A stretch of 64,000 nucleotides of DNA from Patescibacteria group bacterium (GCA_028699085.1 JAQVVF010000002.1:68557-132556); one strand, 5' to 3'. Positions 8,525 to 18,034 are shown, counted from the first letter of the stretch. A program made the numbers and translations. Notes: generated by a model not told the origin, from the sequence alone.

Positions 8525-10648
8525 TTATTTTCCTTCTTTTTTGCCAGTTCTTCCTTCAACAATCTGCAATTCTACATTCTTTGGAACTTGTTCATAATGA
8601 TCAAATTCCATTACGAAATTTCCACGTCCAGAAGTAATTGATCTGATTGTTGTTACATAGCCAAACATTGATGCAAGAGGAACCATGGCAGAAATAATTT
8701 TTAAGTTATCTCTATCTTCCATTTTTTGAATTTGTGCTCTTTTTGAATTTAAATCTCCAACAATATCACCCATGAACTCAGCTGGCATCATAGCTTCAAT
8801 TTTCATTATTGGTTCAAGTAAAATTGGTTTTGCTCTTCTCTCGCCTTCTTTCATCGCCATAGATGCAGCAATTTTGAAAGCAGCTTCAGAAGAATCAACA
8901 TCATGGAAAGATCCATCATATAATGTTGCTTTGATATCAATTACTGGATAACCAGCAATTACGCCTTCTGTTAATGCCTCTTTACAACCTTTTCCTACAG
9001 CAGGAATAAATTCTTGAGGAATGACACCACCTTTAATTTCATTAATAAATTCAAAACCTTTATTTCTTTCATTTGGTTCTAATCGGAGCCAAACATGTCC
9101 ATACTGACCATGACCACCTGATTGTCTAATATATTTTCCTTCAGCCTCAGCAGTACCCAAAATAGTTTCTTTATAAGCAACTTGTGGATTGCCAATATTA
9201 GCTTCGACTTTAAATTCTCTTTTCATTCTATCGACTAAAACATCCAAGTGTAATTCACCCATACCAGAAATAATTGTCTGCATTGTTTCTTCATCAGTAT
9301 GAACTTTAAAAGTAGGATCTTCTTCCGACAAAGCACGCAAAGCCATCGACATTTTTTCCTGATCAGCTTTTGTTTTTGGTTCAATGGCAATTGAAATAAC
9401 TGGTTCAGGAAAAGTAATTTTTTCCAACATAACAGGATGTTCCATATCACATAAAGTATCGCCAGTAGTAGTACCCTTTAAACCAACAATTGCTGCAATA
9501 TCACCAGCATAGACCTCATCCACTTCCTCTCTTTTATTTGCATGCATACGAATAATTCTACCGACTCTTTCTTTACTATCAGTTGAAGAATTCAAGACAT
9601 AAGATCCAGCTGTTAGAATACCTGAATAAACTCTAAAATAAACTAATTTTCCAACAAACGGATCAGTTGCTACTTTAAAAGCTAAAGCTGTAAATGGTTC
9701 AGTATCACTAACCTTTCTTTCAATTTTTTTTGTCTCGTCTTTTGGATCAAATGCAACTATTGCCGGCACATCTAAGGGGCTAGGCAAACAATCAATTACA
9801 TAATCTAATAACTTTTTGATAATTGCTTTTCTACCATCGCCACCCAAAACTGGAAAAAACTTTCCTGTCAAAGTTGCTTTTCTCAAAGCTGCTCTAATCT
9901 CTTCTTCAGTCAATTCTTGTCCTTCTAAATATTTCTCCATTAATTTATCATCAAATTCAACTATTTTTTCAATCATTTCAGCTCGATATTTTTCACACTT
10001 TTCTTTCATATCAGCAGGAATTTCTTTTGGCTCAGATAATTCCATACCCTCTTCTTTTGCATCGACATTAAAATAAGCCTTCATCATAATAAGATCTACA
10101 GCGCCTTTAATATCTTCGCCAGAACCAATTGGCAACATTACTGGATGAGCATTTTTTGATAATCTGCTGTGAATTGAATCTAAGCTTCTATAAAAATCAC
10201 CGCCAACTAAATTGATCTTATTCAAAAAACAAATTCTTGGAACATGATATTTGTCAGCTTGATGCCAAACAGTTTCCGATTGAGGCTCAACTCCCATTTT
10301 GCCATCAAAAACTACAACAGCTCCATCTAAAACACGCAAGGATCTTTCAACTTCTACTGTAAAATCAACGTGTCCAGGAGTATCAATAATATTAATACGA
10401 TGCTTGTCTTGTTCTTTTTTCCAAATTGGAGACCAAAAACAAGTTGTTGCAGCTGAAGTAATCGTAATTCCTCTTTCTTGTTCTTGTTCCATCCAATCCA
10501 TAGTAGCAGCGCCTTCATGAACTTCACCAATCTTATGTGAAATTCCAGTGAAAAACAAAATACGCTCAGTGATAGTTGTTTTACCAGCATCAATATGAGC
10601 TATAATTCCAATATTTCTTGTTTTTTCAAGTGAGTATTCTCTTGGCAT
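8525..10648 (-). CDS. fusA: Elongation factor G
   Basis: [17 protein letters not shown] and the GELHLDV region; 707 aa. Confidence 0.99.
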   Translation of the reverse strand: MPREYSLEKTRNIGIIAHIDAGKTTITERILFFTGISHKIGEVHEGAATMDWMEQEQERGITITSAATTCFWSPIWKKEQDKHRINIIDTPGHVDFTVEVERSLRVLDGAVVVFDGKMGVEPQSETVWHQADKYHVPRICFLNKINLVGGDFYRSLDSIHSRLSKNAHPVMLPIGSGEDIKGAVDLIMMKAYFNVDAKEEGMELSEPKEIPADMKEKCEKYRAEMIEKIVEFDDKLMEKYLEGQELTEEEIRAALRKATLTGKFFPVLGGDGRKAIIKKLLDYVIDCLPSPLDVPAIVAFDPKDETKKIERKVSDTEPFTALAFKVATDPFVGKLVYFRVYSGILTAGSYVLNSSTDSKERVGRIIRMHANKREEVDEVYAGDIAAIVGLKGTTTGDTLCDMEHPVMLEKITFPEPVISIAIEPKTKADQEKMSMALRALSEEDPTFKVHTDEETMQTIISGMGELHLDVLVDRMKREFKVEANIGNPQVAYKETILGTAEAEGKYIRQSGGHGQYGHVWLRLEPNERNKGFEFINEIKGGVIPQEFIPAVGKGCKEALTEGVIAGYPVIDIKATLYDGSFHDVDSSEAAFKIAASMAMKEGERRAKPILLEPIMKIEAMMPAEFMGDIVGDLNSKRAQIQKMEDRDNLKIISAMVPLASMFGYVTTIRSITSGRGNFVMEFDHYEQVPKNVELQIVEGRTGKKEGK

Positions 10649-10721
10649 AATAAAAATTTAAAAATAAAAATAAATAATAAAAAACACCTACTTAAATATA
10701 TAAAATATCTAAAATCAACTG

Positions 10722-11474
10722 TTATCTTACATCAAAAGGCAGAGTTAAAGGCTCTGAAAATGGCACTGTCACTTCTTCCAATAAGTATCTTTCAGCAATT
10801 CCTACATTAGATTCACATGCTCCCCCATTGGGCGTAAATGAAGCAATGGAAACAGATTGCTTTTGATTTCCATTTTTAACAAAATACCTATCTCCAAACA
10901 CTCTAAGAACTCTAAAATCATCAAGTGGACCATCTGTAATAAAAGCACTTCCTGTGCAATTTGCATCACTGAAATAGACTGTCAAAGAAGAATTTAAGTC
11001 AGCATCAATGTATAAAAATTTCTTCAACGACGGAATATAAATATCAAAAGTCCTTACACCAACATTATTATAAAATCTTAAACTAGCATCTACCAGTATT
11101 CCTAAATCTTGATTATTTGCATCATAAACATGCAATTGCATTCCAGGAACACCCTGTTCACCACGATCTCCTTTTTCTCCCCTTTCGCCTTGGATGCCTT
11201 TAATACCTTGCTCACCTTTATCACCCTTTTCACCTTGAGGTCCCTGATCTCCTTTTACTCCTTGTGGTCCTGTTGGCCCAACGACTGATTTGCTTCCTGC
11301 TTTTAATTTTGCGACATCAACACTTAAAGTATTTACTTTTTTCTTCAAATTTTTTACTAATGTCCAAATTGAAACTTTATTAGCAGCCTGAACAATTGTT
11401 ACACCAGATAATAAAAATAATACAAGAGATACCGCAACAATCGCAACTAAAAACTTTTTGTTTGATTCTTGCAT
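10722..11474 (-). CDS. Membrane-anchored or secreted collagen-like (Gly-X-Y repeat) protein
   Basis: N-terminal hydrophobic segment, then 15 uninterrupted GXY triplets GPTGPQGVKGDQGPQGEKGDKGEQGIKGIQGERGEKGDRGEQGVPG (nt 11142-11279), then a globular C-terminal domain of about 140 aa. Confidence 0.85.
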   Translation of the reverse strand: MQESNKKFLVAIVAVSLVLFLLSGVTIVQAANKVSIWTLVKNLKKKVNTLSVDVAKLKAGSKSVVGPTGPQGVKGDQGPQGEKGDKGEQGIKGIQGERGEKGDRGEQGVPGMQLHVYDANNQDLGILVDASLRFYNNVGVRTFDIYIPSLKKFLYIDADLNSSLTVYFSDANCTGSAFITDGPLDDFRVLRVFGDRYFVKNGNQKQSVSIASFTPNGGACESNVGIAERYLLEEVTVPFSEPLTLPFDVR

Positions 11475-11504
11475 ATTTTTTTATAATTAAATTCTATCGT
11501 TCTT

Positions 11505-11532
11505 ATTATAATATAAATTATTTTTTTTGCAA
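11505..11532 (-). promoter_or_regulatory. Sigma-70-type promoter for the collagen-like gene
   Basis: On the minus strand, TTGCAA (11532-11527), a 16-nt A/T spacer, then TATAAT (11510-11505). Confidence 0.55.
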
Positions 11533-11576
11533 GCTTCTTTCTGCTTTATAACTTTAAAAACTTTACAACTTTACAA

Positions 11577-11602
11577 ACTAAAACCTCCGTTTACTACGGA
11601 GG
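11577..11602 (-). terminator. Rho-independent terminator after the 11630..12052 gene (hairpin could act on either strand)
   Basis: CCTCCGT (11584-11590) pairs with ACGGAGG (11596-11602). T-runs flank the hairpin on both strands. Confidence 0.7.
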
Positions 11603-11629
11603 TTTTTTATTTATAGACTTCCTAAAATC

Positions 11630-12052
11630 TTATTGCTTTGGTGCAGCTGGAGCAGATGGAGCAGCAGGATTTGATCCACCCTTCATTGTTCCAACATTTT
11701 TTTTCTTAACCATGAAATAATATAAGATTGATGCTAACCAAGACCATCCAACAAAGAATGTGATGATCAAAACAGCCAACCATACGCCTCTATTTGGAAA
11801 TTCTCTTTTGATACAATCAACTAACATCATAATCCAGAATACCAAGAAAAATAGACCGATCAGTCCACCAATAATTGCGATGATAATTCCAAAGATACCC
11901 ATTCCCATTCCTAATCCTGCCAATGCTTCTGCATCGCTTTCGTTCAATGTTGTAGTAGTTGTATAATTAAAATCTAAATCATTTTGCGCAAAGGCAAAAT
12001 TTGCTCCCAATGTAAGTACGCATACTGTAAGAAAAGCAAAAATTTTCTTCAT
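11630..12052 (-). CDS. Small membrane protein with signal peptide and a PLD-N-terminal-like transmembrane motif
   Basis: Signal peptide MKKIFAFLTVCVLTLGANFAFA; hydrophobic segments; the pattern WIMMLVDCIKREFPNRGVWLAVLII...ILYYF recalls the small cardiolipin-synthase-N type domain (from memory). Confidence 0.6.
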   Translation of the reverse strand: MKKIFAFLTVCVLTLGANFAFAQNDLDFNYTTTTTLNESDAEALAGLGMGMGIFGIIIAIIGGLIGLFFLVFWIMMLVDCIKREFPNRGVWLAVLIITFFVGWSWLASILYYFMVKKKNVGTMKGGSNPAAPSAPAAPKQ

Positions 12053-12175
12053 AATTTTTTTATTAATTAATTATTGTTTTGTTTTAAATAATTCTTATTG
12101 ACAGTCGACCTGCATCTGTCTACTTATCTGTAATATATCATCTTAAAAAAAACATGCAAGATTAATAATACACAG

Positions 12176-12205
12176 GACAAAAAAATATGCGAGCAAGTCG
12201 CATAT
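12176..12205 (-). terminator. Rho-independent terminator after rpsG
   Basis: ATATGCGA (12185-12192) pairs with TCGCATAT (12198-12205). On the minus strand the hairpin is followed by a run of 7 T. Confidence 0.75.
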
Positions 12206-12249
12206 TTGTGTTTTAGTAGTCTTAAAAAATTAGTAAAATTCGTAACTGA

Positions 12250-12720
12250 TTATCTTGCAAAGTGAGCAAAAGCTTTATTTGCTCTTGCCATTCTATGGGA
12301 ATCTTCTTTCTTTCTAACAGCTGATCCTTGATTCTTTGCCGCATCAATTATTTCTGTAGCTAATCTGATTGACATTGGCTGACCTTTTTTAGCTTTTGCA
12401 GCCTCAATAATCCATCTGAAGGCTAAAGTTTGTTTTCGATCGCCTCTTACTTCATAAGGGATCTGATAATTAGCGCCACCGATTCTTCTACCTTTTATTT
12501 CCAAATCTGGAGCTACATTTTTTAAAGCTAAATCAAAAATTTCAATTGGATCTTTTTTTAGTTTTGTAGAAATAAAACCTAATGTATTATAAATTGTTTT
12601 TCTAGCTGCGCCTTTCTTACCTCTTTCCATAATACTGTTGATAAATTTGGATACAACTAAATTACCATATTTTGGATCTGGTTTTAATTCTCTTTTATAT
12701 TGTCTTTTTCTTCTTGCCAT
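12250..12720 (-). CDS. rpsG: 30S ribosomal protein uS7
   Basis: PDPKYGN...VSKFINSIMERGKK...EVRGDRKQTLAFRWI matches uS7. Confidence 0.97.
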   Translation of the reverse strand: MARRKRQYKRELKPDPKYGNLVVSKFINSIMERGKKGAARKTIYNTLGFISTKLKKDPIEIFDLALKNVAPDLEIKGRRIGGANYQIPYEVRGDRKQTLAFRWIIEAAKAKKGQPMSIRLATEIIDAAKNQGSAVRKKEDSHRMARANKAFAHFAR

Positions 12721-12730
12721 AAATGATTAA

Positions 12731-12823
12731 ATTCTCAATTTACAATTCTCAATTTTCAAATTATCTAATCCAGCTTTGGAAATTGATTATTGAAAATTTA
12801 TTGTAAATTGATCATTGAAAATT
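12731..12823 (-). promoter_or_regulatory. Long imperfect inverted repeat in the rpsL-rpsG intercistronic region (candidate S7 translational operator)
   Basis: TCAATTTACAAT (12735-12746) is perfectly complementary to ATTGTAAATTGA (12800-12811). AATTTTCAA (12751-12759) is complementary to TTGAAAATT (12790-12798, repeated at 12815-12823). Confidence 0.45.
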
Positions 12824-12828
12824 AGTAA

Positions 12829-13272
12829 TTATTTTGTTTCAGCCTTCTTCTTTCCGGAAGCTGATTTCTTCGCGCCATATTTGCTTCTTTGTTGCATTCT
12901 ACCTTCAACACCAGCAGTATCTAAAATACCTCGAACAATATGATATTTTACACCAGGCAAATCCTTAACTCTTCCGCCACGAACAACAACGATTGAGTGC
13001 TCTTGCAAATTATGTCCTTCACCAGGAATATAAGCAGTTACTTCCATTCCGTTTGTTAATCTAACTCTAGCGATTTTTCTCAAAGCAGAGTTTGGTTTCT
13101 TTGGAGTAGTTGTTGTAACTTTTGTGCAAACACCTCTTTTGAAAGGATTGCCTTCTTCTAAAACAACATATCGTTTTTTAATCTTATTAAAATCCCTCTG
13201 CAATGCAGGTGCTTTAGATTTTCTTTTTCCAGATTTTCTTCTTCTCTTAACTAATTGATTTATTGTCGGCAT
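12829..13272 (-). CDS. rpsL: 30S ribosomal protein uS12
   Basis: [13 protein letters not shown]...[10 protein letters not shown]...GHNLQEHS...[15 protein letters not shown]. The start is taken at the MPTINQ Met rather than the longer ORF-track start. Confidence 0.97.
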   Translation of the reverse strand: MPTINQLVKRRRKSGKRKSKAPALQRDFNKIKKRYVVLEEGNPFKRGVCTKVTTTTPKKPNSALRKIARVRLTNGMEVTAYIPGEGHNLQEHSIVVVRGGRVKDLPGVKYHIVRGILDTAGVEGRMQQRSKYGAKKSASGKKKAETK

Positions 13273-13298
13273 ATATAATAATTTTTTATGATAAACAA

Positions 13299-13327
13299 AT
13301 ATTATCAAATAATAATTTGATTGTCAA
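13299..13327 (-). promoter_or_regulatory. Sigma-70-type promoter for rpsL
   Basis: On the minus strand, TTGACA (13327-13322), a 17-nt spacer, then TAATAT (13304-13299). Confidence 0.55.
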
Positions 13328-13348
13328 CAGTTATTAATAGTTTCTAGA

Positions 13349-13975
13349 CTATGCTAAAAACTTATCTATTATTCCAATCACCCAATAGAAATATCTAGAA
13401 AATAAACTGCCACCAATTAACAACAATCCGATCAAAACAAAAAAACCATACTTGTCTAAAAACATTTTGACATTTTCTGCAGAAGGAGGAAGCAAGGCAA
13501 ATAACAATTTTGATCCATCCAAAGGCGGAACTGGAATAACATTAAATGATAGTAACAAAGCATTGATCAATATGAATGTATACAAAAAATCAAACAAGGC
13601 ATTTCCTTCACCTAATCCTGTCAAAGGATAAACAAATTTCAATAACAAAACAAAAATAACAACCAAAATCAAATTAGAAAATGGTCCAGCCAAGGCAACA
13701 ATTGCCGGCCCGATCCTTTGATTCTTAAGATTATATGGATTAAATGGTACTGGTTTGCCCCAACCAAATCCAACAAAAAGCATCAACAATGTTCCCCATA
13801 TATCCATGTGCTTTAGAGGATTCAAAGTCAGCCTTCCTTGATTTTTTGCTGTTGGATCTCCTAATAATGTCCCTGCTAAAGCATGTGAAAATTCATGGAT
13901 CGTAATAGCAAAAATCATTGAAACTGCCCAAGCAAAAAACATTATTGGATTAGTTAAAAGCAATGAAATTATCAT
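13349..13975 (-). CDS. Site-2-protease-like (M50 family) membrane zinc metalloprotease
   Basis: HEFSH zinc motif in the first transmembrane region, multiple transmembrane segments, and NVIPVPPLDG downstream. Confidence 0.8.
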   Translation of the reverse strand: MIISLLLTNPIMFFAWAVSMIFAITIHEFSHALAGTLLGDPTAKNQGRLTLNPLKHMDIWGTLLMLFVGFGWGKPVPFNPYNLKNQRIGPAIVALAGPFSNLILVVIFVLLLKFVYPLTGLGEGNALFDFLYTFILINALLLSFNVIPVPPLDGSKLLFALLPPSAENVKMFLDKYGFFVLIGLLLIGGSLFSRYFYWVIGIIDKFLA

Positions 13976-14119
13976 ATTTTAGTAATTAATTAGAATTATC
14001 GGCAACTAGTAATTTAGTTATTTTGTTATTTATAATTTTGTTATTCGAAATTCGCTTGTCAAAACAATAATACTCTGTTATTATTACAAATACAAATTAA
14101 CTTTAATTATCTAAATCAT

Positions 14120-14293
14120 ATGGCAAAACGTTGTGATATCTGCAAACGCGGACCAAGAAAATCAGTTTCACGTTCTCATTCTAACATCGCCAATAAAAGA
14201 AGGCAATATTTAAATTTGCAAAAAATTGAGTATAAAGGCGAAAGTTTGAAGGCCTGCACAAAATGCATTAAAACACTATATAGAACAAAGTAA
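14120..14293 (+). CDS. rpmB: 50S ribosomal protein bL28 (57 aa, below the ORF-track cutoff)
   Basis: Hand translation gives MAKRCDICKRGPRKSVSRSHSNIANKRRQYLNLQKIEYKGESLKACTKCIKTLYRTK. The motif C.ICGK.P..G..VSHSN...KR....NLQ is bL28-like. Confidence 0.85.
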   Translation: MAKRCDICKRGPRKSVSRSHSNIANKRRQYLNLQKIEYKGESLKACTKCIKTLYRTK

Positions 14294-14302
14294 TAAGACA
14301 AC

Positions 14303-16228
14303 ATGACAAAAACAAAAATAAAAACTAAACCAAAAACAAAGACAATGATTTCCATTGCCTTACTCGCATTTATAATTTCCGGCTTAGGTCTCGCTGCCGG
14401 AATTTTTTATAATGTAAATTATCCAAAATCAAAATGCAAAAATGCGTTTAAGATTGTCAAATCAAGCAAATGCCAAGGATCATACAAAAAATATACTGTT
14501 GTATCTTTTTGTTCAAAAAATAAAACAGTCCAAAAATTAGCAATAAAAAAATTAAAGAAAAATAAAAAGTGCTATAAATCTTATAAAATTATTAAGAAAA
14601 AAGCCTGCAAATCTTACTACAACAAAACAATTAAATTGTACTGCCCAAAACAAACTGAAAATAACATTAATCAAAATATTAATCAGCCAAACGAATCAAA
14701 TAATAGCACTAATTCACCAATAGGCGAGAATGCCAGCTTGAATCAAAATGAATCAACAGATAACACAGATGACAATGTATCAATTGACGATCCGATTGAT
14801 GAAGAATTCGAAGATATCGAAGATGAGTTGCCAGCAGAACCTATTACAGATTTAGAAGATAATTTAGCTGACATTAATCTAATCAACAAACCAGGATGGC
14901 CAAAAAATAAAAATCATGACAATGAAAAAATCCAATCCATTATTGCTGCAAATATCGACAATCAAGGATCAAAAGAAATAATCAACCAATCTCTAATTGA
15001 TGGCTATAGCACCTTAAGACTTTATGCTTGGCAAAATAATGGACAGCTCTTTAATAATAATTGGCCGATAGAAATTACCAATTGTCCAGCAGGCTGTGTT
15101 CCAAATCAACAAATCATTTCACATAATTTTAAAGCTGTAAATTTTCAAAATAGAGTCTCCAACTTTGCAACTCCTATTTCCATTGGAAAAAGCAATGAAA
15201 TAATTACTAGTATCTATAAAGCCGGACCTCCAGGTTTTTGGTTTCATGATTTATTCAGTTTCAATAAAGACGGACAGAATAATTCCTTCTGGCCAAAAAC
15301 AAAAGAAAAAAATACTACAAATCTAATTATCTCCAACTTAGAAAACAATCAAAATACAAATGTTCTTTTTGGCAGTTCCAATAATACCTACATTCTCAAT
15401 AATCAAGGTGCTGATATTTTTAATAATCTTTCTAATAAAAAAAGTTTTGCACTAACTATTGATGATTCAATTCAAGCTAATCCTAAATTAATTTCATTAG
15501 GCTTTGACTCTGGATCTCCTACATTGCAAATATATGATACAGCTGGAAACAATTTACCAAGTTTTCCTAAACAATTACCTGAACTAAAATCATACTCATC
15601 TTCTCCTTCTTTGACTCTTTCTGATCTCAATAACGACGGATCAAGAGAAATAATTATTCTTGGCGAACATACTCAAGATGGCCTATATTTAAATGCAATC
15701 CAAAATAACGGAAATTCTTTATCTGGATTTCCAATTCAGATTTCTGCTAACCTTACTTCAGATAGCGGTTTAAAAATTTCTAGTGCTGACATTGATCAAG
15801 ACAACAACAATGAAATAGTTTTATTTTTTAGAAATACTGATGAAAACATTATTACTTTTAAAATAATCAATTACAATGCTACGGTCTCGCTCACTAGCCA
15901 ATTGCCTGGAAACAAATTTAGCGAGCCTTTGCTAGCAAATCTAAACAACGATAATAATTTAGAGATTGTCACCACAATCGACAACTCACTATACATTATT
16001 GATACCGCTGAATTAGCTTTTAGAAAAATTGATGCAGCAGGCGATGATCCAAACGAATTTGGCTATTTTCCAACTGTGTTCTTAACTGATTTAGATAATA
16101 ATAATCGCATTGATTTTGTTTCCAACATTGGCAACAAAACAAATGCTTGGGAATTAAATTTCTCAACTAATAACATGCCTTGGCCAATGCCAGATCAAAA
16201 CAATCAGCGCACCAGAATCGCACCATAA
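14303..16228 (+). CDS. Large N-terminally anchored, Asn-rich surface protein with FG-GAP/VCBS-like repeats
   Basis: N-terminal transmembrane segment (ISIALLAFIISGLGLAAGIF), a Cys/Lys-rich stalk, an acidic linker, then repeated D.(D/N).(D/N)G..EI motifs (LSDLNNDGSREIII, SADIDQDNNNEIVLF, LANLNNDNNLEIV, LTDLDNNNRIDFV). Confidence 0.7.
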   Translation: MTKTKIKTKPKTKTMISIALLAFIISGLGLAAGIFYNVNYPKSKCKNAFKIVKSSKCQGSYKKYTVVSFCSKNKTVQKLAIKKLKKNKKCYKSYKIIKKKACKSYYNKTIKLYCPKQTENNINQNINQPNESNNSTNSPIGENASLNQNESTDNTDDNVSIDDPIDEEFEDIEDELPAEPITDLEDNLADINLINKPGWPKNKNHDNEKIQSIIAANIDNQGSKEIINQSLIDGYSTLRLYAWQNNGQLFNNNWPIEITNCPAGCVPNQQIISHNFKAVNFQNRVSNFATPISIGKSNEIITSIYKAGPPGFWFHDLFSFNKDGQNNSFWPKTKEKNTTNLIISNLENNQNTNVLFGSSNNTYILNNQGADIFNNLSNKKSFALTIDDSIQANPKLISLGFDSGSPTLQIYDTAGNNLPSFPKQLPELKSYSSSPSLTLSDLNNDGSREIIILGEHTQDGLYLNAIQNNGNSLSGFPIQISANLTSDSGLKISSADIDQDNNNEIVLFFRNTDENIITFKIINYNATVSLTSQLPGNKFSEPLLANLNNDNNLEIVTTIDNSLYIIDTAELAFRKIDAAGDDPNEFGYFPTVFLTDLDNNNRIDFVSNIGNKTNAWELNFSTNNMPWPMPDQNNQRTRIAP

Positions 16229-16254
16229 AAATTTAAAAACATAAGAATATAAAA

Positions 16255-16281
16255 ACGAGACCAACAAGTCTCGTTTTTTTA
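16255..16281 (+). terminator. Rho-independent terminator
   Basis: ACGAGAC (16255-16261) pairs with GTCTCGT (16268-16274), followed by TTTTTTT. Confidence 0.8.
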
Positions 16282-16359
16282 CTTTTTTGATAATTCAATA
16301 ATTAAGCAATCTAGCAATAAAACAATGAAACGATTTATCATTTAACCAGTCTAACTAAT

Positions 16360-16626
16360 TTATTTTTTATCTTTCTTAAACAATCGAACTAAGAATACAG
16401 CACCAATTACCATCAACAAAGTTAAAAAACCAGCATAAATAAATTTCGCCCAAATATTATCTCTTTGCGGAAAAATATAATCAATAAATGACTTAATCGC
16501 ATCATTCCATGCTAAACCAACAATCAAACCGAAAGCAGCAGCAATATAACCGCTCACTTTCTTCAATGCTTCATCTCTTAATTTTATACTCTGCTCTTTA
16601 ATTTTATTTAAAGCCATTTTTACCAT
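16360..16626 (-). CDS. Small two-transmembrane-segment membrane protein, unknown function
   Basis: Amphipathic N-terminus plus two hydrophobic segments (GYIAAAFGLIVGLAW and FIYAGFLTLLMVIGAVFLV). Confidence 0.6.
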   Translation of the reverse strand: MVKMALNKIKEQSIKLRDEALKKVSGYIAAAFGLIVGLAWNDAIKSFIDYIFPQRDNIWAKFIYAGFLTLLMVIGAVFLVRLFKKDKK

Positions 16627-16711
16627 ATTTTAATATGCTAATTAATCAATCAAACAAACTAGCATATTTTCGAAATAAAATCAATCTTTAACAATTTAAC
16701 AATAAAAATTT

Positions 16712-16984
16712 TTATTTCTTTCCTTCCCAATAAGCATCTCCTTCTTCTTCCATTTTTTCTAATCTATCATAATAATCAGGAAATTCATTCAAATGTGCTA
16801 GAGCAATTTTTCCAGTCATTACAGGATCATCATTAGTCACATTAGTATGCATATCAACAGTTCCATGCTCTAATTCGACATCTAGACCTCTTCGAAATTG
16901 ATCGACGTCAAATTTTGTCCAATCAATTCCCAATTTTTCACCAATTTGCTTAGTTTCTTCTACTGTAAAATTTTGTTTTGACAT
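16712..16984 (-). CDS. Conserved hypothetical soluble protein (ELEHG...IALAHL.E.PDYY motif)
   Basis: A 90-aa ORF. From memory the motif set resembles a DUF family seen in phage and CPR genomes; not verified. Confidence 0.55.
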   Translation of the reverse strand: MSKQNFTVEETKQIGEKLGIDWTKFDVDQFRRGLDVELEHGTVDMHTNVTNDDPVMTGKIALAHLNEFPDYYDRLEKMEEEGDAYWEGKK

Positions 16985-16989
16985 ATTGT

Positions 16990-17130
16990 TTAATTAATAT
17001 TTTTATGTTTTTTTATTCTTATATAATCTCTTTCTCTTTTTAATTTTAAAGGAGGAGCAACTCTCAGCCTATGTGATGTTCGATAGGCTACCTTTCCATG
17101 ATGAGTTTTGCTAGAAGCGTAATTTTTCAT
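16990..17130 (-). CDS. Candidate 46-aa highly basic protein (weak bL32-like N-terminus)
   Basis: Hand translation gives MKNYASSKTHHGKVAYRTSHRLRVAPPLKLKRERDYIRIKKHKNIN. The local GC is higher than the surroundings. It is not in the ORF track because it is under 60 aa. Confidence 0.35.
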   Translation of the reverse strand: MKNYASSKTHHGKVAYRTSHRLRVAPPLKLKRERDYIRIKKHKNIN

Positions 17131-17206
17131 AAATTTATTTTAACACAAAACCCTGTTATAATATAGTAGTAATAATAACTATTAATCTATATTTAATAAA
17201 TATTTT

Positions 17207-18034
17207 ATGAAAAGATTTTTACTCGCCATCACTTCAACGCTTTTTTTACCAACTCTTGGTTTAGCTTTTTTGTTTCTCAATATCACCCACACCATGCTCT
17301 CGCCAAATATTTACAAAAAAGCTTTGACTGATGCCAATGCTTATGAACGTTTATCAAAAATTAATATCAATCAATTATTGTCTATTTTTTCCAAAAACAA
17401 AAATTTAGATATAATGCAAAAAGTCAAAATTAAAGTTTCCAAAGAAACATTGCAAAAAACAGTTGAGCCAACTATCGATTTCTTTTTTGTTGATGTTTTA
17501 AGAAATGGCAAAAAAACAATTATCATTGATTTATCTGATTTTCAAAAAGATTTTTTAGGCCAATATAATATTCCTATTTATCTTTTTCCAGAAGGAATTA
17601 TTCCGCAAAATTATTCTATTCCCATTCCTGGAACAATCTTGCTATTTCAACCATTTATTGCCATCTTGCCAATTCTAACTTATTTATTTTTTGCACTCTC
17701 TTTCTTTTATTTATTTTTAATAATTCTTTTCAAAAAAAATAATCGCGGAAAATTAAGATTGCCAGCCTATCTTATTTTTAGCTTAGGATTAACTTATCTA
17801 ATTATTTATTTTGTTGCTTGGTTTTTAGATCCATCCAAATATATCTCATTAGGATCGCAAAATTTTGCCCAGATTGCTCTAGATGTTTTAAATAATCTAA
17901 AAGTTGTTTTTATCAGACCTTATTTAATTGAAGGCATCATTTTAATAAGCATCAGTATAATTGCATTTATTATTTCTTTTTTTATTCCTCAAGAAAAAAA
18001 TAAATTAATTTTGCCCAACAAACCAATCAAATAG
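17207..18034 (+). CDS. Polytopic membrane protein, unknown function
   Basis: Several long hydrophobic segments; no recognisable catalytic motif. Confidence 0.6.
   Translation: MKRFLLAITSTLFLPTLGLAFLFLNITHTMLSPNIYKKALTDANAYERLSKININQLLSIFSKNKNLDIMQKVKIKVSKETLQKTVEPTIDFFFVDVLRNGKKTIIIDLSDFQKDFLGQYNIPIYLFPEGIIPQNYSIPIPGTILLFQPFIAILPILTYLFFALSFFYLFLIILFKKNNRGKLRLPAYLIFSLGLTYLIIYFVAWFLDPSKYISLGSQNFAQIALDVLNNLKVVFIRPYLIEGIILISISIIAFIISFFIPQEKNKLILPNKPIK

Noticed and set aside
9235-10593. Alternative-frame ORFs within fusA (9235..9450, 10354..10593, 9816..10076, 10299..10520)
   Set aside because: They are embedded in the full-length EF-G gene and have no independent signals.
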